Notes under the pieces: generated by a model
The model's input: the letters and a program-made list of their open reading frames with translations, nothing else
Told to the model about the DNA's origin: nothing
Database searches by the model: none
Program-made: the position numbers and the translations under genes
Origin: an uncultured Acidobacteriota bacterium
GTDB lineage: Bacteria; Acidobacteriota; Thermoanaerobaculia; UBA5066
Assembly (NCBI GenBank): GCA_963779415.1
Contig: CAVZYA010000002.1
Location: 1,440,001-1,504,000 of the forward strand
Direction of reading: 5' to 3'
DNA: 64,000 bases
Shown here: positions 19,310-29,889 of the stretch, piece after piece
Layout of the letters: each line of letters begins with the position of its first letter
How positions within the stretch are numbered: the first letter of the stretch is position 1

Positions 19310-21637
19310 ATGACCAGGCGCAAAGGCGCGGCCGCCCCGGGCGGCCAGCCTCCCCTTCCGTTCGACGCGGAGACGCCGCTCCCCGAGGAGGTCCGGCGCC
19401 GGTACCTCAACTACGCCCTCTCCGTGATCACGTCGCGCGCCCTTCCCGACGTCCGGGACGGCCTGAAGCCCGTGCAGCGACGGATTCTCTTCTCGATGTT
19501 CCAGAACCTCCACCTGACTCCGGACGCCAAGTTCAAGAAGTGCGCGACCGTCGTCGGCGACGTCATCGGGAAGTACCACCCGCACGGCGACGTCGCGATC
19601 TACGACGCCCTCGTCCGGATGGCGCAGCCCTTCACGCTCCGCGCTCCGCTCGTCGACGGTCACGGCAACTTCGGCTCGCTGGACGGCGACGCGGCCGCCG
19701 CGTACCGGTACACCGAGGCGCGCCTCCAGCCGCTCGCCCTCGAGCTTCTCTCGGAGATCCGGAAAGGGACGGTCGACTGGCGGCCGAACTTCGACGGCGT
19801 CCACAGCGAGCCGATCGTCCTTCCGGCGCGCTTTCCGAACCTCCTCGTCAACGGCGCGACGGGGATCGCGGTCGGCATGGCGACGTCGATCCCGCCGCAC
19901 AACCCCGTCGAGGTCCTCGACGCCGCCATCGCGGCCATCGACGACCGGGAGGCCGATCCGCTCCGGACGGTCCGGGGGCCCGACTTCCCGACGGGAGGGG
20001 TTCTCCTCGCGTCGAAACGCGAGCTGCGGGCGATCTACGAGAGCGGGCAGGGGACGCTGAAGCTCCGGGGGGACTACGCGGTGGAGGAAGGGGCGCGCGG
20101 CGCCCGGACGATCGTCGTCACGTCCATTCCCTACGGACAGGAAAAGGCGAACCTCGTCGCGCGGATTGCGGACGTCATCATCAACCGGAAGCTCGCGGCC
20201 CTCCTGGACGTCCGCGACGAGTCGACGGACGACGTCCGGATCGTCCTCGAGATCCGGCGCGACGCCGACCCGGCGCTCGTCATGACCTACCTCTACCGGC
20301 ACACGCCGCTGGAAACGACCGTCCCGGTCAACCTGACGGCCCTCGTCCCGACCGCGAGCCCGGAGGTGGCCGAGCCGCAGAGGCTCTCCCTGAAGGCGAT
20401 CCTCCGGCATTTCCTCGACTTCCGCTTCGAGACGGTCCGGCGCCGCTTCGAGTTCGAGCTCGAGGAGCTGCGCCGCCGGATCCATCTCCTCGAGGGCTTC
20501 GTCCTCATCTACGACGCCCTCGACGAGGCGATCCGGATCATCCGGAAATCGGACGGGAAGGCGGACGCGGCGGAGAAGCTCAAGAAGCGCTTCGGCCTCG
20601 ACGACGAACAGGCGGACGCGGTCCTCGAGACGAAGCTCTACAAGCTGGCACGGCTCGAGATCGACGCGATCCGCGCGGAGCTCCGCGAGAAGACCGCCGA
20701 GGCCGCCCGGCTCGAGGCGATCCTGAAGTCGAAGGCGAAGCTCTGGGGCGTCGTCCAGCGCGAGCTCGTCGAGCTGCGCGGGCTCCTCGACCGGGAGAAG
20801 CGCCGGACGCAGGTGGCCGCCTCGGCGGAGGAGCCCGAGTACGACGCCGAGGCTTTCATCCAGCACGAGGAGACGTTCGGGATCGTCTCGGCCGACGGAT
20901 GGCTGAAGCGCCAGCGGGAGCTGAAGGACCCCTCTTCGACGCGCCTCCGGGAAGGAGACAGCGTCCTCGCCGTCCTTCAGGGCTCGACGAAGGAGGCCGC
21001 GGTCCTCTTCTCGAACCGCGGAACGGCGTACGTGCTCCGCCTGAACGACGTTCCGCCGTCGACGGGCTACGGCGAGCCGGTGCAGAAGCTCTTCCGGTTC
21101 GGCGACGGTGAGCGGGTGGTGGCCGCGCTCTCCCTCGACCCCCGGATCACGCCGGAGAAGAACGTCGTCGCGCTCGCGGCGACCCGGAAGGGGTTCGTCT
21201 TCCGCTTCTCTCTCGATCCGCTCCGGGAGATCACGACGCGCTCCGGGCGCCGCTACGGCAAGCCGGCGCCGGATGACGAGATCCTCTTCGTCGGGGTCTG
21301 CGAGAAGAGGGACGTCGTGGCGATGGCGTCGGAGCAGGGGCGCGCGATCCTCTTCTCTTCCGGGGAGGTGCCCCTCCTCGCGGGTCCCGGCAAGGGGGTC
21401 ATCGGCCTGAAGCTCCAGGCGGGAGACCGCGTCGTCGCCGCCTCGCTCTTCGGGGCCGACGAGAAACGGGCCGTCCTCACGCTCGTGACCGAGAACGGTA
21501 CCGAACACACCGTCACGCGGCGCTACGAGGTCGTCGGCCGCGGCGGCCGCGGGTTCCACCTGATCAAACGGGGCCGGCTCGTCCGGTGCATCCCGCCTCC
21601 CGTCGCGCTCGTAGATCAGTCGGGAAAGGAATCGTGA
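19310..21637 (+). CDS. Type IIA DNA topoisomerase subunit A (ParC-like; no GyrA box seen)
   Basis: [37 protein letters not shown] catalytic Tyr, GIAVGMAT, beta-pinwheel C-terminal domain. Confidence 0.93.
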   Translation: MTRRKGAAAPGGQPPLPFDAETPLPEEVRRRYLNYALSVITSRALPDVRDGLKPVQRRILFSMFQNLHLTPDAKFKKCATVVGDVIGKYHPHGDVAIYDALVRMAQPFTLRAPLVDGHGNFGSLDGDAAAAYRYTEARLQPLALELLSEIRKGTVDWRPNFDGVHSEPIVLPARFPNLLVNGATGIAVGMATSIPPHNPVEVLDAAIAAIDDREADPLRTVRGPDFPTGGVLLASKRELRAIYESGQGTLKLRGDYAVEEGARGARTIVVTSIPYGQEKANLVARIADVIINRKLAALLDVRDESTDDVRIVLEIRRDADPALVMTYLYRHTPLETTVPVNLTALVPTASPEVAEPQRLSLKAILRHFLDFRFETVRRRFEFELEELRRRIHLLEGFVLIYDALDEAIRIIRKSDGKADAAEKLKKRFGLDDEQADAVLETKLYKLARLEIDAIRAELREKTAEAARLEAILKSKAKLWGVVQRELVELRGLLDREKRRTQVAASAEEPEYDAEAFIQHEETFGIVSADGWLKRQRELKDPSSTRLREGDSVLAVLQGSTKEAAVLFSNRGTAYVLRLNDVPPSTGYGEPVQKLFRFGDGERVVAALSLDPRITPEKNVVALAATRKGFVFRFSLDPLREITTRSGRRYGKPAPDDEILFVGVCEKRDVVAMASEQGRAILFSSGEVPLLAGPGKGVIGLKLQAGDRVVAASLFGADEKRAVLTLVTENGTEHTVTRRYEVVGRGGRGFHLIKRGRLVRCIPPPVALVDQSGKES

Positions 21638-22485
21638 TGGAGGTCGTCCTCGCCGAGAAGTACGGGTTCTGCGCCGGGGTTCGCGTCGCGGACAAGCTGG
21701 TGCGTCTCGCGGCCGCCAAGGGGCAGTCCGGGGCCATCCTCGGACAGGTCGTCCACAACGAGAGCGTCGAGGCCGAGATGGCGCGCCTCGGGTTTCCGAC
21801 GGTCGAAAAGCTCGTCGACGCGAAGCCGCACGAGAACCGGATCGTCTTCTCCGCGCACGGAGTCGCCCCCTCGGTCCGCGCCGAGGCGAAAGCGATGGGG
21901 CTCTCCACGATCGACACGACCTGCAAGTTCGTGACGGACATCCACACCGAGGTCACGCGCTCTCTGGCCGCCGGGTACTTCATCGCGATCATGGGGCAGC
22001 GGACGCACCGGGAGGTCCTCGGCTACACGCACGACCTCGATCCGTCGTCCTACGGGGTCTTCTACGGCCTCGAGGAGGTGACGGCTTTCGACTGGTCGCG
22101 GCATCCGAAGGTGAAGGTCGTCTTCCAGACGACGCTCAATGCCGACAACTTCGCGGCGCACGTGGAGGAGATCGGCCGGCGCGGCGTCGAAGTACGCGTC
22201 GCCGACACGATCTGCTACGCGACGAAGGAAAACCAGGAGGCGCTGCGTGCCCTCTGCACCGACGGGACCGTCGACGTCATCGTCGTCATCGGCGGGAAGC
22301 ACAGCAAGAACACGAAGGAGCTGGCCCGGATCGCCGAGGCGTTCAAGAAGACGATCTTGATCGGGACCGTGGCCGAGCTCGACCCCGCGGCCCTCGCGGG
22401 CGCCCGGAAAGTGGGCGTGACGGCGGGCGCCTCGACGCCCGAACACGACATCGAGGCCGTCCTGGAGAAGATCCGGGGCCTCTGA
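21637..22485 (+). CDS. ispH: 4-hydroxy-3-methylbut-2-enyl diphosphate reductase
   Basis: GFCAGV, VHN, SAHGV, DTTC, DTICYAT, TAGASTP; TGATG coupling to the topoisomerase gene. Confidence 0.92.
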   Translation: MEVVLAEKYGFCAGVRVADKLVRLAAAKGQSGAILGQVVHNESVEAEMARLGFPTVEKLVDAKPHENRIVFSAHGVAPSVRAEAKAMGLSTIDTTCKFVTDIHTEVTRSLAAGYFIAIMGQRTHREVLGYTHDLDPSSYGVFYGLEEVTAFDWSRHPKVKVVFQTTLNADNFAAHVEEIGRRGVEVRVADTICYATKENQEALRALCTDGTVDVIVVIGGKHSKNTKELARIAEAFKKTILIGTVAELDPAALAGARKVGVTAGASTPEHDIEAVLEKIRGL

Positions 22486-22504
22486 GACGGGATGAGGCGC
22501 CCGC

Positions 22505-24286
22505 CTACATCGAGCTCGTGTCTCCCGGTTTGGGCTCTGCGGGCGGATCCGGAGCGGCGCGAAGGAGGCGCGGCGCCACGATCAGCGCGGCCCCATAGAC
22601 CAGGAACGTGAAGAGGAGCGTGGCGGGACGGCCGCGCATCAGGTCGAACAGGACGATTCGGAGGCCGCCGACGAGGAGCAAGGGGTAGACGAGGAACCCC
22701 ACCGGGGCCGCGAAGCGCTTCCGCCGGAGCCGGGCGAGGAGGACGGCGGCGGCCGAGATCGTGATCGTCCGGAGGGCCGAGCCTCCTCCAGGATCACCCT
22801 CGCCGAAGAGAATCCGCTCGAGCGTCCCCTCGAAGATCGTGGCCAGATCGAGAACGGCGATCGTGCCGACGGCGACGGCCGGGATGTCCTGGCGCCAGCG
22901 GAACGTCCCCGGCGCGAGGCGCGAAGCGAGGATCGCATACGCGACGAGGGCGGCCGCCAGGGCGGGGAGAAGGGCCGCGAGTGCCGGAGCGGCCTCCGGG
23001 AACGCTTCGCCCAGGAGGAAGCGGGAGGCGCCGGGGAGGAGGCCGGCGGCCAGCGAGCTGGCGGCGACGAAGACCGCCGTCTGGGCGGCGCGGGTCTTTC
23101 GGGGAATCCTGAGCAGTGCAAGAGCGGCCCCCACGGCGGCGAGGGACCAGAACGCCGCGCGGTAGGGCTCGGGGATGGCCAGGAACCCTCCGGCGACGAC
23201 GAGGACGGCGCCCGTCGTCGTCTGGAGCGAGGAGACCTGCCGGGAGACGGGCCGAAGCGCGTCGAGCGCGAAGAGGAGGACGGCGGCCGCGAGGACGGCG
23301 ACACCTAGCGCAACGGGAGAGACTCCGACGCGAGGACCGATCAGGGCTGCGGCTCCGACCCCCGCGAGGACGCCGAGGGAGGGCTGGACGAAGTCGAAGA
23401 GCTCCGGGTCGGCCTTTCGGACGACGGTCCGCCAGAGGGTCAGGGCGAGGCTCAGGACGGGGAGCGTCACGAGAAGGGCGACGAGGGGAGCGATGGAGAC
23501 GGAAGCCCAGCTCTCCGGAAGGCTCCCGGCTCTGCCGGCGATGAACGCCGCCGTCAGTGCCAGGAAATCCGCCGCGAGGGCTCCCGGCCACGCCAGCCCC
23601 GGCCAGCCCCGAAGCGTCGCCACCGCGACCCCGATCGCTCCGGTGTAAAGAAGGAGCGCGAGGACGGCTTCGAGGGCGAAGCTCGAGACGAGGATCGCGA
23701 AACCGGCGCCGACGATCCCGAACACGGCGAGTCCGGCCGCCGTGGGGAGCCGACGGCGTACCGCTGCGGCGAGGAGCAGGGTGCCTGCGGCGCCGAGAAC
23801 GACGACGCCCGTCCCGGGGCTGAAGACGCCGAGGCGCGTCGTCGCTTCCCACGCGAGAGGAGAGGCGACGGCGGTCGTGACGGCCGCGTAGGCCGTTGCG
23901 AGGTGTCGGTCGCCGGTCGCGGCGGCCCGGTCGGTGAGGAAGAGCAGGACCGCCGCATAGAGAAGGCCGAGGGCGACCCCGATCTCCGCGGGAAGCACGT
24001 GCGCGTCCGTCAGGGCGCGGAAGACGTAGGCGCCGCCGAGAAGGACGAGCCCGCGGCCGGCGAGAGCCATGAGTCCGGGAAGCTCCGTCCCGGAGGCTTG
24101 TGGCGGGAGGGGCTCGAGCCGTGAAGCCTCCGGAGCGTCTGGCGGAGCCGCGACGGTGACGTGCGCCGGCGCGTTCTCCACCGGGACCGTCCGTTCTTCG
24201 AGCATGGCGACGCGCGCCTCGAGCGCGCGGAGCGTCGCGCCGAGCTCCTCGACCTTCGCCGTCATCCGTTCGACGGGGTCGTCCAT
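22505..24286 (-). CDS. Polytopic membrane protein with N-terminal coiled coil (DUF2339-like)
   Basis: LRALEARVAMLE coiled coil, Pro-rich linker, then many TM helices. Confidence 0.65.
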   Translation of the reverse strand: MDDPVERMTAKVEELGATLRALEARVAMLEERTVPVENAPAHVTVAAPPDAPEASRLEPLPPQASGTELPGLMALAGRGLVLLGGAYVFRALTDAHVLPAEIGVALGLLYAAVLLFLTDRAAATGDRHLATAYAAVTTAVASPLAWEATTRLGVFSPGTGVVVLGAAGTLLLAAAVRRRLPTAAGLAVFGIVGAGFAILVSSFALEAVLALLLYTGAIGVAVATLRGWPGLAWPGALAADFLALTAAFIAGRAGSLPESWASVSIAPLVALLVTLPVLSLALTLWRTVVRKADPELFDFVQPSLGVLAGVGAAALIGPRVGVSPVALGVAVLAAAVLLFALDALRPVSRQVSSLQTTTGAVLVVAGGFLAIPEPYRAAFWSLAAVGAALALLRIPRKTRAAQTAVFVAASSLAAGLLPGASRFLLGEAFPEAAPALAALLPALAAALVAYAILASRLAPGTFRWRQDIPAVAVGTIAVLDLATIFEGTLERILFGEGDPGGGSALRTITISAAAVLLARLRRKRFAAPVGFLVYPLLLVGGLRIVLFDLMRGRPATLLFTFLVYGAALIVAPRLLRAAPDPPAEPKPGDTSSM

Positions 24287-24309
24287 CTCCCGTCCTCGCC
24301 CGCTTGGGC

Positions 24310-25494
24310 TTACGAGGCGACCTTTGCGTTCTCCTCCTCCCACGGCGGGAGGAGCTTGATGAGGACCCAGAGAATCCCGAAGGGGAGGAGCAGGAAGACG
24401 ATCGCCGCCAGGAGCCCTTCGCGCGTGGCGAACGCCATCTTGTACGTCGTGTAGCCGAGGAAACTCTTCGAGAAGAGCTGCCCGCCGATGACGACGTTCC
24501 AGCGCATGGCGAAGATGCCGATGAGCGTGAGGACCCCGGCGAGGACGTAGAGCCCCTTCCGTGCCTGCTCGGTCAGCTTCACGACCTGCGTGAAGGCCAA
24601 GAGGCCGATCGGGACGATCGTGCCGAAGACGATCTGGATCAGGACCTGCGACGTGTAGAGCCGTGTCCGGACCATGAAGTCGAGGCTCTGGAACGACTCG
24701 TCCGCCTCGTAGATCCGGTGGATGAGGTCGAGCATCTCGATCGAGAAGTCGATCAGGAAGGCATAGAGGAGATACCGGGCGATCGTGTCGACGCACGGGA
24801 TGTCGATCTCGATCCCCTTCAGGAAGCAGACGGCCATGTACATCAGGAGGACGAGGGCGATGCCCGAGACGATGGCCGAGAAGAGGAAGACGATCGGCAT
24901 GACGGGGGTCGACCACCAGGGGTTCGCCTTCACCGACCCGAAGATGAAACCGACGTATCCGTGCAGGAAAAAGGCCGACGGGATGCCGACGATCGTGATG
25001 AAGTGCCCGAGCCTGTCGTCGATCCTCAGCGACTCCTCGCTGATGTTGTCGACGCCGAGCGTGAGCGCCTTGTAGAGCGTCTTCTTCCACCCCGTCTCGG
25101 AGCGCGACTTCAGGACGATCTCCTTCCGGTAGTCGAGCCAGATCTCGAGGAGGAGGACCGCCATGAGGTACCAGAGATAGACGAAGCCGAACATCGCCAT
25201 CGCCGAGGTCGTGTGGGGCGTCAGGTACATCTCGTAGGATCGCTCGGGGTGTCCGAGGTGGAGCTGCAGCGGCAGGGGGGCGACGAGGAGGAAGGCGAGC
25301 GCCGTCAGGAGCGCGAGCCGGTAGGTCGGCTTCACGGCCTGGACGTTGAAGACCCGCTCGAGCGACGCGAGGATGAAGGCGCCCGCGACGAGGCCGGTGA
25401 TGAACGGGTAGAGGACGATCAGGATGCTCCACTGGAGCTCGACCTCGTTGGGGTACATGTACCCCTGGACCGCGGAGAGAAGGGCTTCCTGCAT
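24310..25494 (-). CDS. NrfD/PsrC-family quinone-interacting membrane subunit
   Basis: WSILIVLYPFITGLVAG, HLGHPER, SAMAMFG, HGYVGFIF, RWNVVIGGQ. Confidence 0.92.
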   Translation of the reverse strand: MQEALLSAVQGYMYPNEVELQWSILIVLYPFITGLVAGAFILASLERVFNVQAVKPTYRLALLTALAFLLVAPLPLQLHLGHPERSYEMYLTPHTTSAMAMFGFVYLWYLMAVLLLEIWLDYRKEIVLKSRSETGWKKTLYKALTLGVDNISEESLRIDDRLGHFITIVGIPSAFFLHGYVGFIFGSVKANPWWSTPVMPIVFLFSAIVSGIALVLLMYMAVCFLKGIEIDIPCVDTIARYLLYAFLIDFSIEMLDLIHRIYEADESFQSLDFMVRTRLYTSQVLIQIVFGTIVPIGLLAFTQVVKLTEQARKGLYVLAGVLTLIGIFAMRWNVVIGGQLFSKSFLGYTTYKMAFATREGLLAAIVFLLLPFGILWVLIKLLPPWEEENAKVAS

Positions 25495-25498
25495 CGTC

Positions 25499-26260
25499 CT
25501 ACCTCACCGTCCCGTCGAGATTGCTGTAGTAGACCTTCGCGCCGGTCGCCATGTGCGGCTTGAGGACCTGGACCATGTGGTTCCGGAGGAACCCGTGGAC
25601 CGGATCGTTCGGGTCCTTCAGGTCGGCGAGCTGACGGGCGCCGGTCGGGCAGGCTTCGCAGCAGGCGGTCGTCAGTCCCTTCGTGATCCGGTGATAGCAG
25701 AGGTTGCACTTGTCGGCCGTGTTCGTCACCGGATTGAGGTACCGGCAGCCGTAGGGGCAGGCCTGGATGCAGTAGCGGCAGCCGAGGCAGTAGCTCTTGT
25801 CGACGAGGACCGCCCCGTCGGGGGTCTCGAAGGTGGCGCCCACGGGGCAGACCTGCGTGCAGGGGGAGTGAGCGCACTGGTTGCAGAGCTTCGGGACGAA
25901 GAAGCTCTTGGCGCCGTCGCCGGCGGCGTATTTTTCCGGGAAGCCGTCGTAGCCGCCGTTCGGGGAGTCGACTTCCGGGTGCTCGGACCATCCCCCTTCG
26001 ACGTGGTACCGCTCGACCCAGGTCCGGAAGTAGAAGGGCTCGAGCGGGACGTCGTTCTCGGCCTTGTCCGCCCGGACGCAGTTTCCGCAGCCGATGCACT
26101 TCGAGATGTCGATCATCATCCCCCAGTAGTGGTCCGCCATCCGGTAGGCGGGCTCCATCTCCTTGCCGGACTCGGCCGCTTCCAGGAACGCGGCCGCGGG
26201 CGCCGTGACGAGGAGGATCTTTCCGGCCGTGAGAAGGAAATCGCGGCGGTCCGAGGTCAT
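25499..26260 (-). CDS. NrfC/PsrB/DsrO-like 4x[4Fe-4S] protein with Tat signal
   Basis: SDRRDFL Tat motif; CIGCGNC, CNQC..PC...CP, CLGCRYCIQACP, CNLC...CCEACP. Confidence 0.92.
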   Translation of the reverse strand: MTSDRRDFLLTAGKILLVTAPAAAFLEAAESGKEMEPAYRMADHYWGMMIDISKCIGCGNCVRADKAENDVPLEPFYFRTWVERYHVEGGWSEHPEVDSPNGGYDGFPEKYAAGDGAKSFFVPKLCNQCAHSPCTQVCPVGATFETPDGAVLVDKSYCLGCRYCIQACPYGCRYLNPVTNTADKCNLCYHRITKGLTTACCEACPTGARQLADLKDPNDPVHGFLRNHMVQVLKPHMATGAKVYYSNLDGTVR

Positions 26261-26727
26261 GACTTCGGCTCCTTGTCGGGGGCGTGCGAGGCGTGACATC
26301 CGTGGCAGTCGCCGCCGTCGAAGTGCGTTTTCGGGTCGATCTGCGGGAACTTCTTCGGCTTGGCCACGTTCGCGAGGTGGCACCGGACGCAGAGCGTCCT
26401 CGGCTCGGGCTTCGTCGGTTTCAGGGAGGACGAGTCCTCGGCGTGCCGGGCGAGGGCTCCGTGGCAGGCCTCGCAGCCGATTCCGGCGTGCTTGCCTCCG
26501 GCCAGCTCGTCCCTCTTGTCCGTGTGACAGTCGCCGCAGAGGCTTCGCCCGGCGAAGGCGACCGGCCGGGCCCGGTTGTCGGCGAGCGCCCCGGCGCGGT
26601 AGTGCCCGTAGAGGCCGAAGCTCTTCGGGACGAAGAGCGCCCGGGCGAGAACGAAGAGGACGAATCCCGCCGCGAACAGTGCCGCCACCCGGACAAGGTG
26701 TTCCTTGTCCCTGAAGAACTTTTGCAT
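26257..26727 (-). CDS. Membrane-anchored tetraheme cytochrome c
   Basis: N-terminal TM; CGDCH, CEACH, CVRCH, CHGCH. Confidence 0.9.
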   Translation of the reverse strand: MQKFFRDKEHLVRVAALFAAGFVLFVLARALFVPKSFGLYGHYRAGALADNRARPVAFAGRSLCGDCHTDKRDELAGGKHAGIGCEACHGALARHAEDSSSLKPTKPEPRTLCVRCHLANVAKPKKFPQIDPKTHFDGGDCHGCHASHAPDKEPKS

Positions 26728-26788
26728 GATGGCCGGAGTTTTAAGAGAAGTGCCTGGCCCGCGCCATCCTCAAGCCGATCCAGCCGGG

Positions 26789-26804
26789 TGATGCACTTGC
26801 ATCA
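26789..26804. promoter_or_regulatory. Palindromic operator-like site
   Basis: TGATGCA-CT-TGCATCA in the intergenic gap upstream of the tetraheme cytochrome. Confidence 0.45.
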
Positions 26805-26866
26805 GGCGACGAGGCGGCTCCGGCGTCCGCGCCCCGATCGGGGCACGGACGCCCAGGGGCGGGCTG

Positions 26867-29800
26867 TCAGCGTTTGAAGCCGGTCTGGCGGTCCACCTGC
26901 CGGATCCGGAGATAGAGGAGCAGGGCGAAGACCGAGATGAAGGCCGTCGCGAGAAGGAGGCCGTTGCGGCGGAAGCGGTACTCGCTCCAGACCTTCGCGG
27001 TCCCTTCCCTGAGCTGGGTGATGCTCCGGCCCGCCGCTTCGGAATTCCGGAGGAAGTCGCTCCGGTCGAACGTGTGGATGCCGAGCCGGGTCTTCCGCAT
27101 GGCGTCGCTGACCGAGCTGGCCTGGAACCGGAGATCGTCCACGTCGAACCCCCGCTCGGCGAGACGGTCGATCTCCTTGCCAAGCGCCGCCGAGTCGCCG
27201 GCGAGGCCGGTGATCGTCGTGTAGAAGAGGGCCGCCGTCTCGATGCACTTCGGCTGGCCGTACTTCTGGTGGCAGTCGACACAGAGGGCCTTCGGTCCGG
27301 GCGCGAGCATCGCGTCCGTCGGGGCGGCGATGAGGTGGTTCCCGTGGCAGGTGGCGCACTCGGGCCAGCCGTGCTTGTCGAACGCCTTCTTGTGCGGGCT
27401 TCCGTCGAAGAAGGCGCCGTTTGCGGAGTGGCAGGTCCGGCAGACCTGCGAGACGTAGGACGTCTGGGGCGGCGTCGCGGCGTGGTTCCCGTGGCAGCTG
27501 TTGCAGGCGGGCGCCCCCTTGTCGTGCTTCTTGAGAAGGGCGATTCCGTGAACGCTCCGCGAGGTACTTGTCGAGCTGGTCGGTCGGGATCGGCGTCTTG
27601 CCGTCGTCGAGGGTGTACCCCTTCATGTAATCGGCGTTCGCATGGCATCGGCCGCAAGTCGTCGGGATGTTCTCCCGATAGACGAGGGAGACAGGGCTGT
27701 CGGGGCCGCGGATCCCGTGGACGCCGTGGCAGCTGATGCACTGCGCGACCTTGGAGTCCTTCTTCCCGAAGAGGAGCTGCCCGTGGCGGCTCGTCCGGTA
27801 CTTCACAAGCTGGTCGACCGGGAGGGACGGGTTGTAGTCCCTCATGAAGTCGCTCGAGGAGTGGCACCGGGCGCAGAACTCCGGAATCCAGGTCCGGTCC
27901 TTCGTCCGGACCTCGGACTTGGGCCACCGCTTGTAGATCTCCGGGGACATCTCCGTGTCGGTCGGCTTTCCGCCGTGACAGCCGGAGCACATCAGCCCCT
28001 TGCGGAAATGAACGTCGTTGACGACCTGGGCGAGGTCGAGGTGCCCCTGGGGACCGCTCCGGTCCTCGCGGATCCGGAAGAGGATCTCGTCCGGCATGTC
28101 GGGGTTCGTGTGGCAGAGGACGCAGTTGTCCGAAAGGACCAGCTCGGTCTTCCGGTCGTCGAGGTCGAGCGAGAGAAGAGTCGCGAGGTGGGCCGGGGAG
28201 CCGATCATTCCCGAGGCGGCGGCCGCAAAGAAGAGCTGCTGCGCGTGGCTCGGAAGCTCGCGGAAGTGGGTGCGGGCCTTTTCGGAGAGGACCGGTTTTC
28301 CCTTCTCCTCCGCGAGGAAGAGCTTCTGGAATCCCTCGGGCCAGGTGGTCTCGACGACGTGGCCCGGGCGCCGAGGCGGCGGGCGCGGCAGGGGCCGCGG
28401 GGGTGGCTTTCTCTTCGCCCCGGGCGGGTGAGGGGATCGCGAGAGCGGCGGCGACGAGGAGCGCCGCCGCGGCGGCGCTGCCGCGGCGCGTGAAGCGGTA
28501 GAGCCCCCAGAGGGCGAGGGCCACCGCGGAGAGCGCTCCCGCGGCGAGCCAGCTGACGTGGGCGAACCCGTTCAGGAGGGCCTGCAGGAGGACGGCCGCC
28601 GTGAATGCGAAGGCCGTGTGGCGGAAGCGCCAGCGGCGGAAGGCGCTCACGGCGATGCCGAGGCCGAGGATCCAGAAGGCCGCCGTCCGCGCGATCACGG
28701 CCGCGAGGGCCGGATCCGCGGCCGGGTCCTTTCCTTTCGGCACCACGACCCCGATGTCCCACGCCTTGAGCGTCAGGAGCCCGATGAAGAGGAGCCCGGC
28801 GACGCCGAGGTCCGTGAAGCAGGGGCTCGGCTTTCCCTTCGCCGCGTTCCGGTCGAGAAGCGGCACGAAGAAGGCGATTCCCATCAGGACCGTCGAGAGG
28901 AGGAGGCACGCCTGCGGTCCCTCCATCCCGAGGATGTGCGCCGGGAACTCCCGGAGCATCTGGTAGACCCAGAGGAAGTACCACTCCGGCTTGATCCCCG
29001 GGTAGGCGGGCTTCAACGGGTTCGCCTTGTCCCCGAGCGCCCACTCCATCCCCGGAATGCCGGGCCCGAAGGGGAGGACGACGGCGAGGATGGCGAGGAG
29101 GTTCAGGCAGAGGACCCAGAGGAGGAGGTCCCGGAGGGCGAAGTTCGGGAAGAAGGGCATCCCCTTCCCGCGGGGCGCCTCGCCTTCGTGGCCGAGAGGC
29201 TCGGCCATTCCCTGCCGCTGGACGAAGAGGAGGTGGACGCCGATGAGGCCCGCGATGACGAGCGGAAGGATGCAGACGTGGAGGGCGAAGAAGCGGTAGA
29301 GCGTCTGGACCGAGACCTCCTCGCCGCCCCGCATCACGCGGAGGAGCCACGGGCCGACGAGAGGAACGGACTTGACGGAGTCGGTGCCGACCGCCGTCGC
29401 GAAGTAGGAAAGCTCGTTCCACGGGAGGAGGTAGCCCGAAAAGCCGAATCCGAGGACGAGCCCGAACATCAGGAAGCCCGTGTACCAGGTCAGCTCGCGC
29501 GGCTTCCGGTAGGCCTTCACGAAGAGGATGCTGAAGAGGTGGACGAGGACCGAGAGGCTCATCAGGTGGGCCGACCAGCAGTGGATCGACCGGACGAGCC
29601 AGCCGAACGGCACGTGGCCGACGAGGTATTTCATCGACTCGTACGAAGTGTTCTCCCCGACCTCGTAGTTCATCAGGAGGAGGATTCCCGTCACGATCTG
29701 GACGGTGAAGAAGAAGAGGGAGACGCCGCCGAAGTAGTACCAGACGGTGGAGTGCCCGCCGAGGGGAATCTCCTTGTGCCGGAGGAACTCGACGAGACCG

Positions 29801-29889
29801 GAGAGCTGGAACCGCTCGTCGAGGGCCGTCCAGAGCCGTCGCGGGAGGCCGGCGGGGCGGCGGGGGCCGGCGTGGCGCTCACGCGGCAC
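26867..29889 (-). CDS. Cytochrome b (Rieske/cytb complex) apparently fused to a nine-heme cytochrome c with C-terminal TM; frameshifts near 28370 and 27560
   Basis: Four heme-b His, GYLLPW, PEWY. After frame correction: CVLCH, CSGCH, CARCH, CISCH, CGRCH, CNSCH, CRTCH, CATCH, CVDCH. No stop codon between the cyt b and cyt c parts. Start may be GTG 29882 or 29889. Confidence 0.8.

Noticed and set aside
9098-21559. Very long antisense or alternate-frame ORFs (e.g. 9098..11704, 14036..16603, 16681..19410, 19121..21559; also 31666..34524)
   Set aside because: Shadow ORFs expected from high-GC codon bias; Arg/Pro/Gly-rich with no motifs, and they overlap well-supported genes.
24310-26727. Calling the module nrfBCD, psrBC, dsrJOP or alternative complex III
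   Set aside because: No NrfA, PsrA, DsrMK or ActB/D/E/F genes are adjacent; only family-level names are justified.
26789-26804. FNR/CRP box assignment for the palindrome
   Set aside because: Spacing is TGAT-N8-ATCA, not TTGAT-N4-ATCAA or TGTGA-N6-TCACA; kept only as an unassigned operator.
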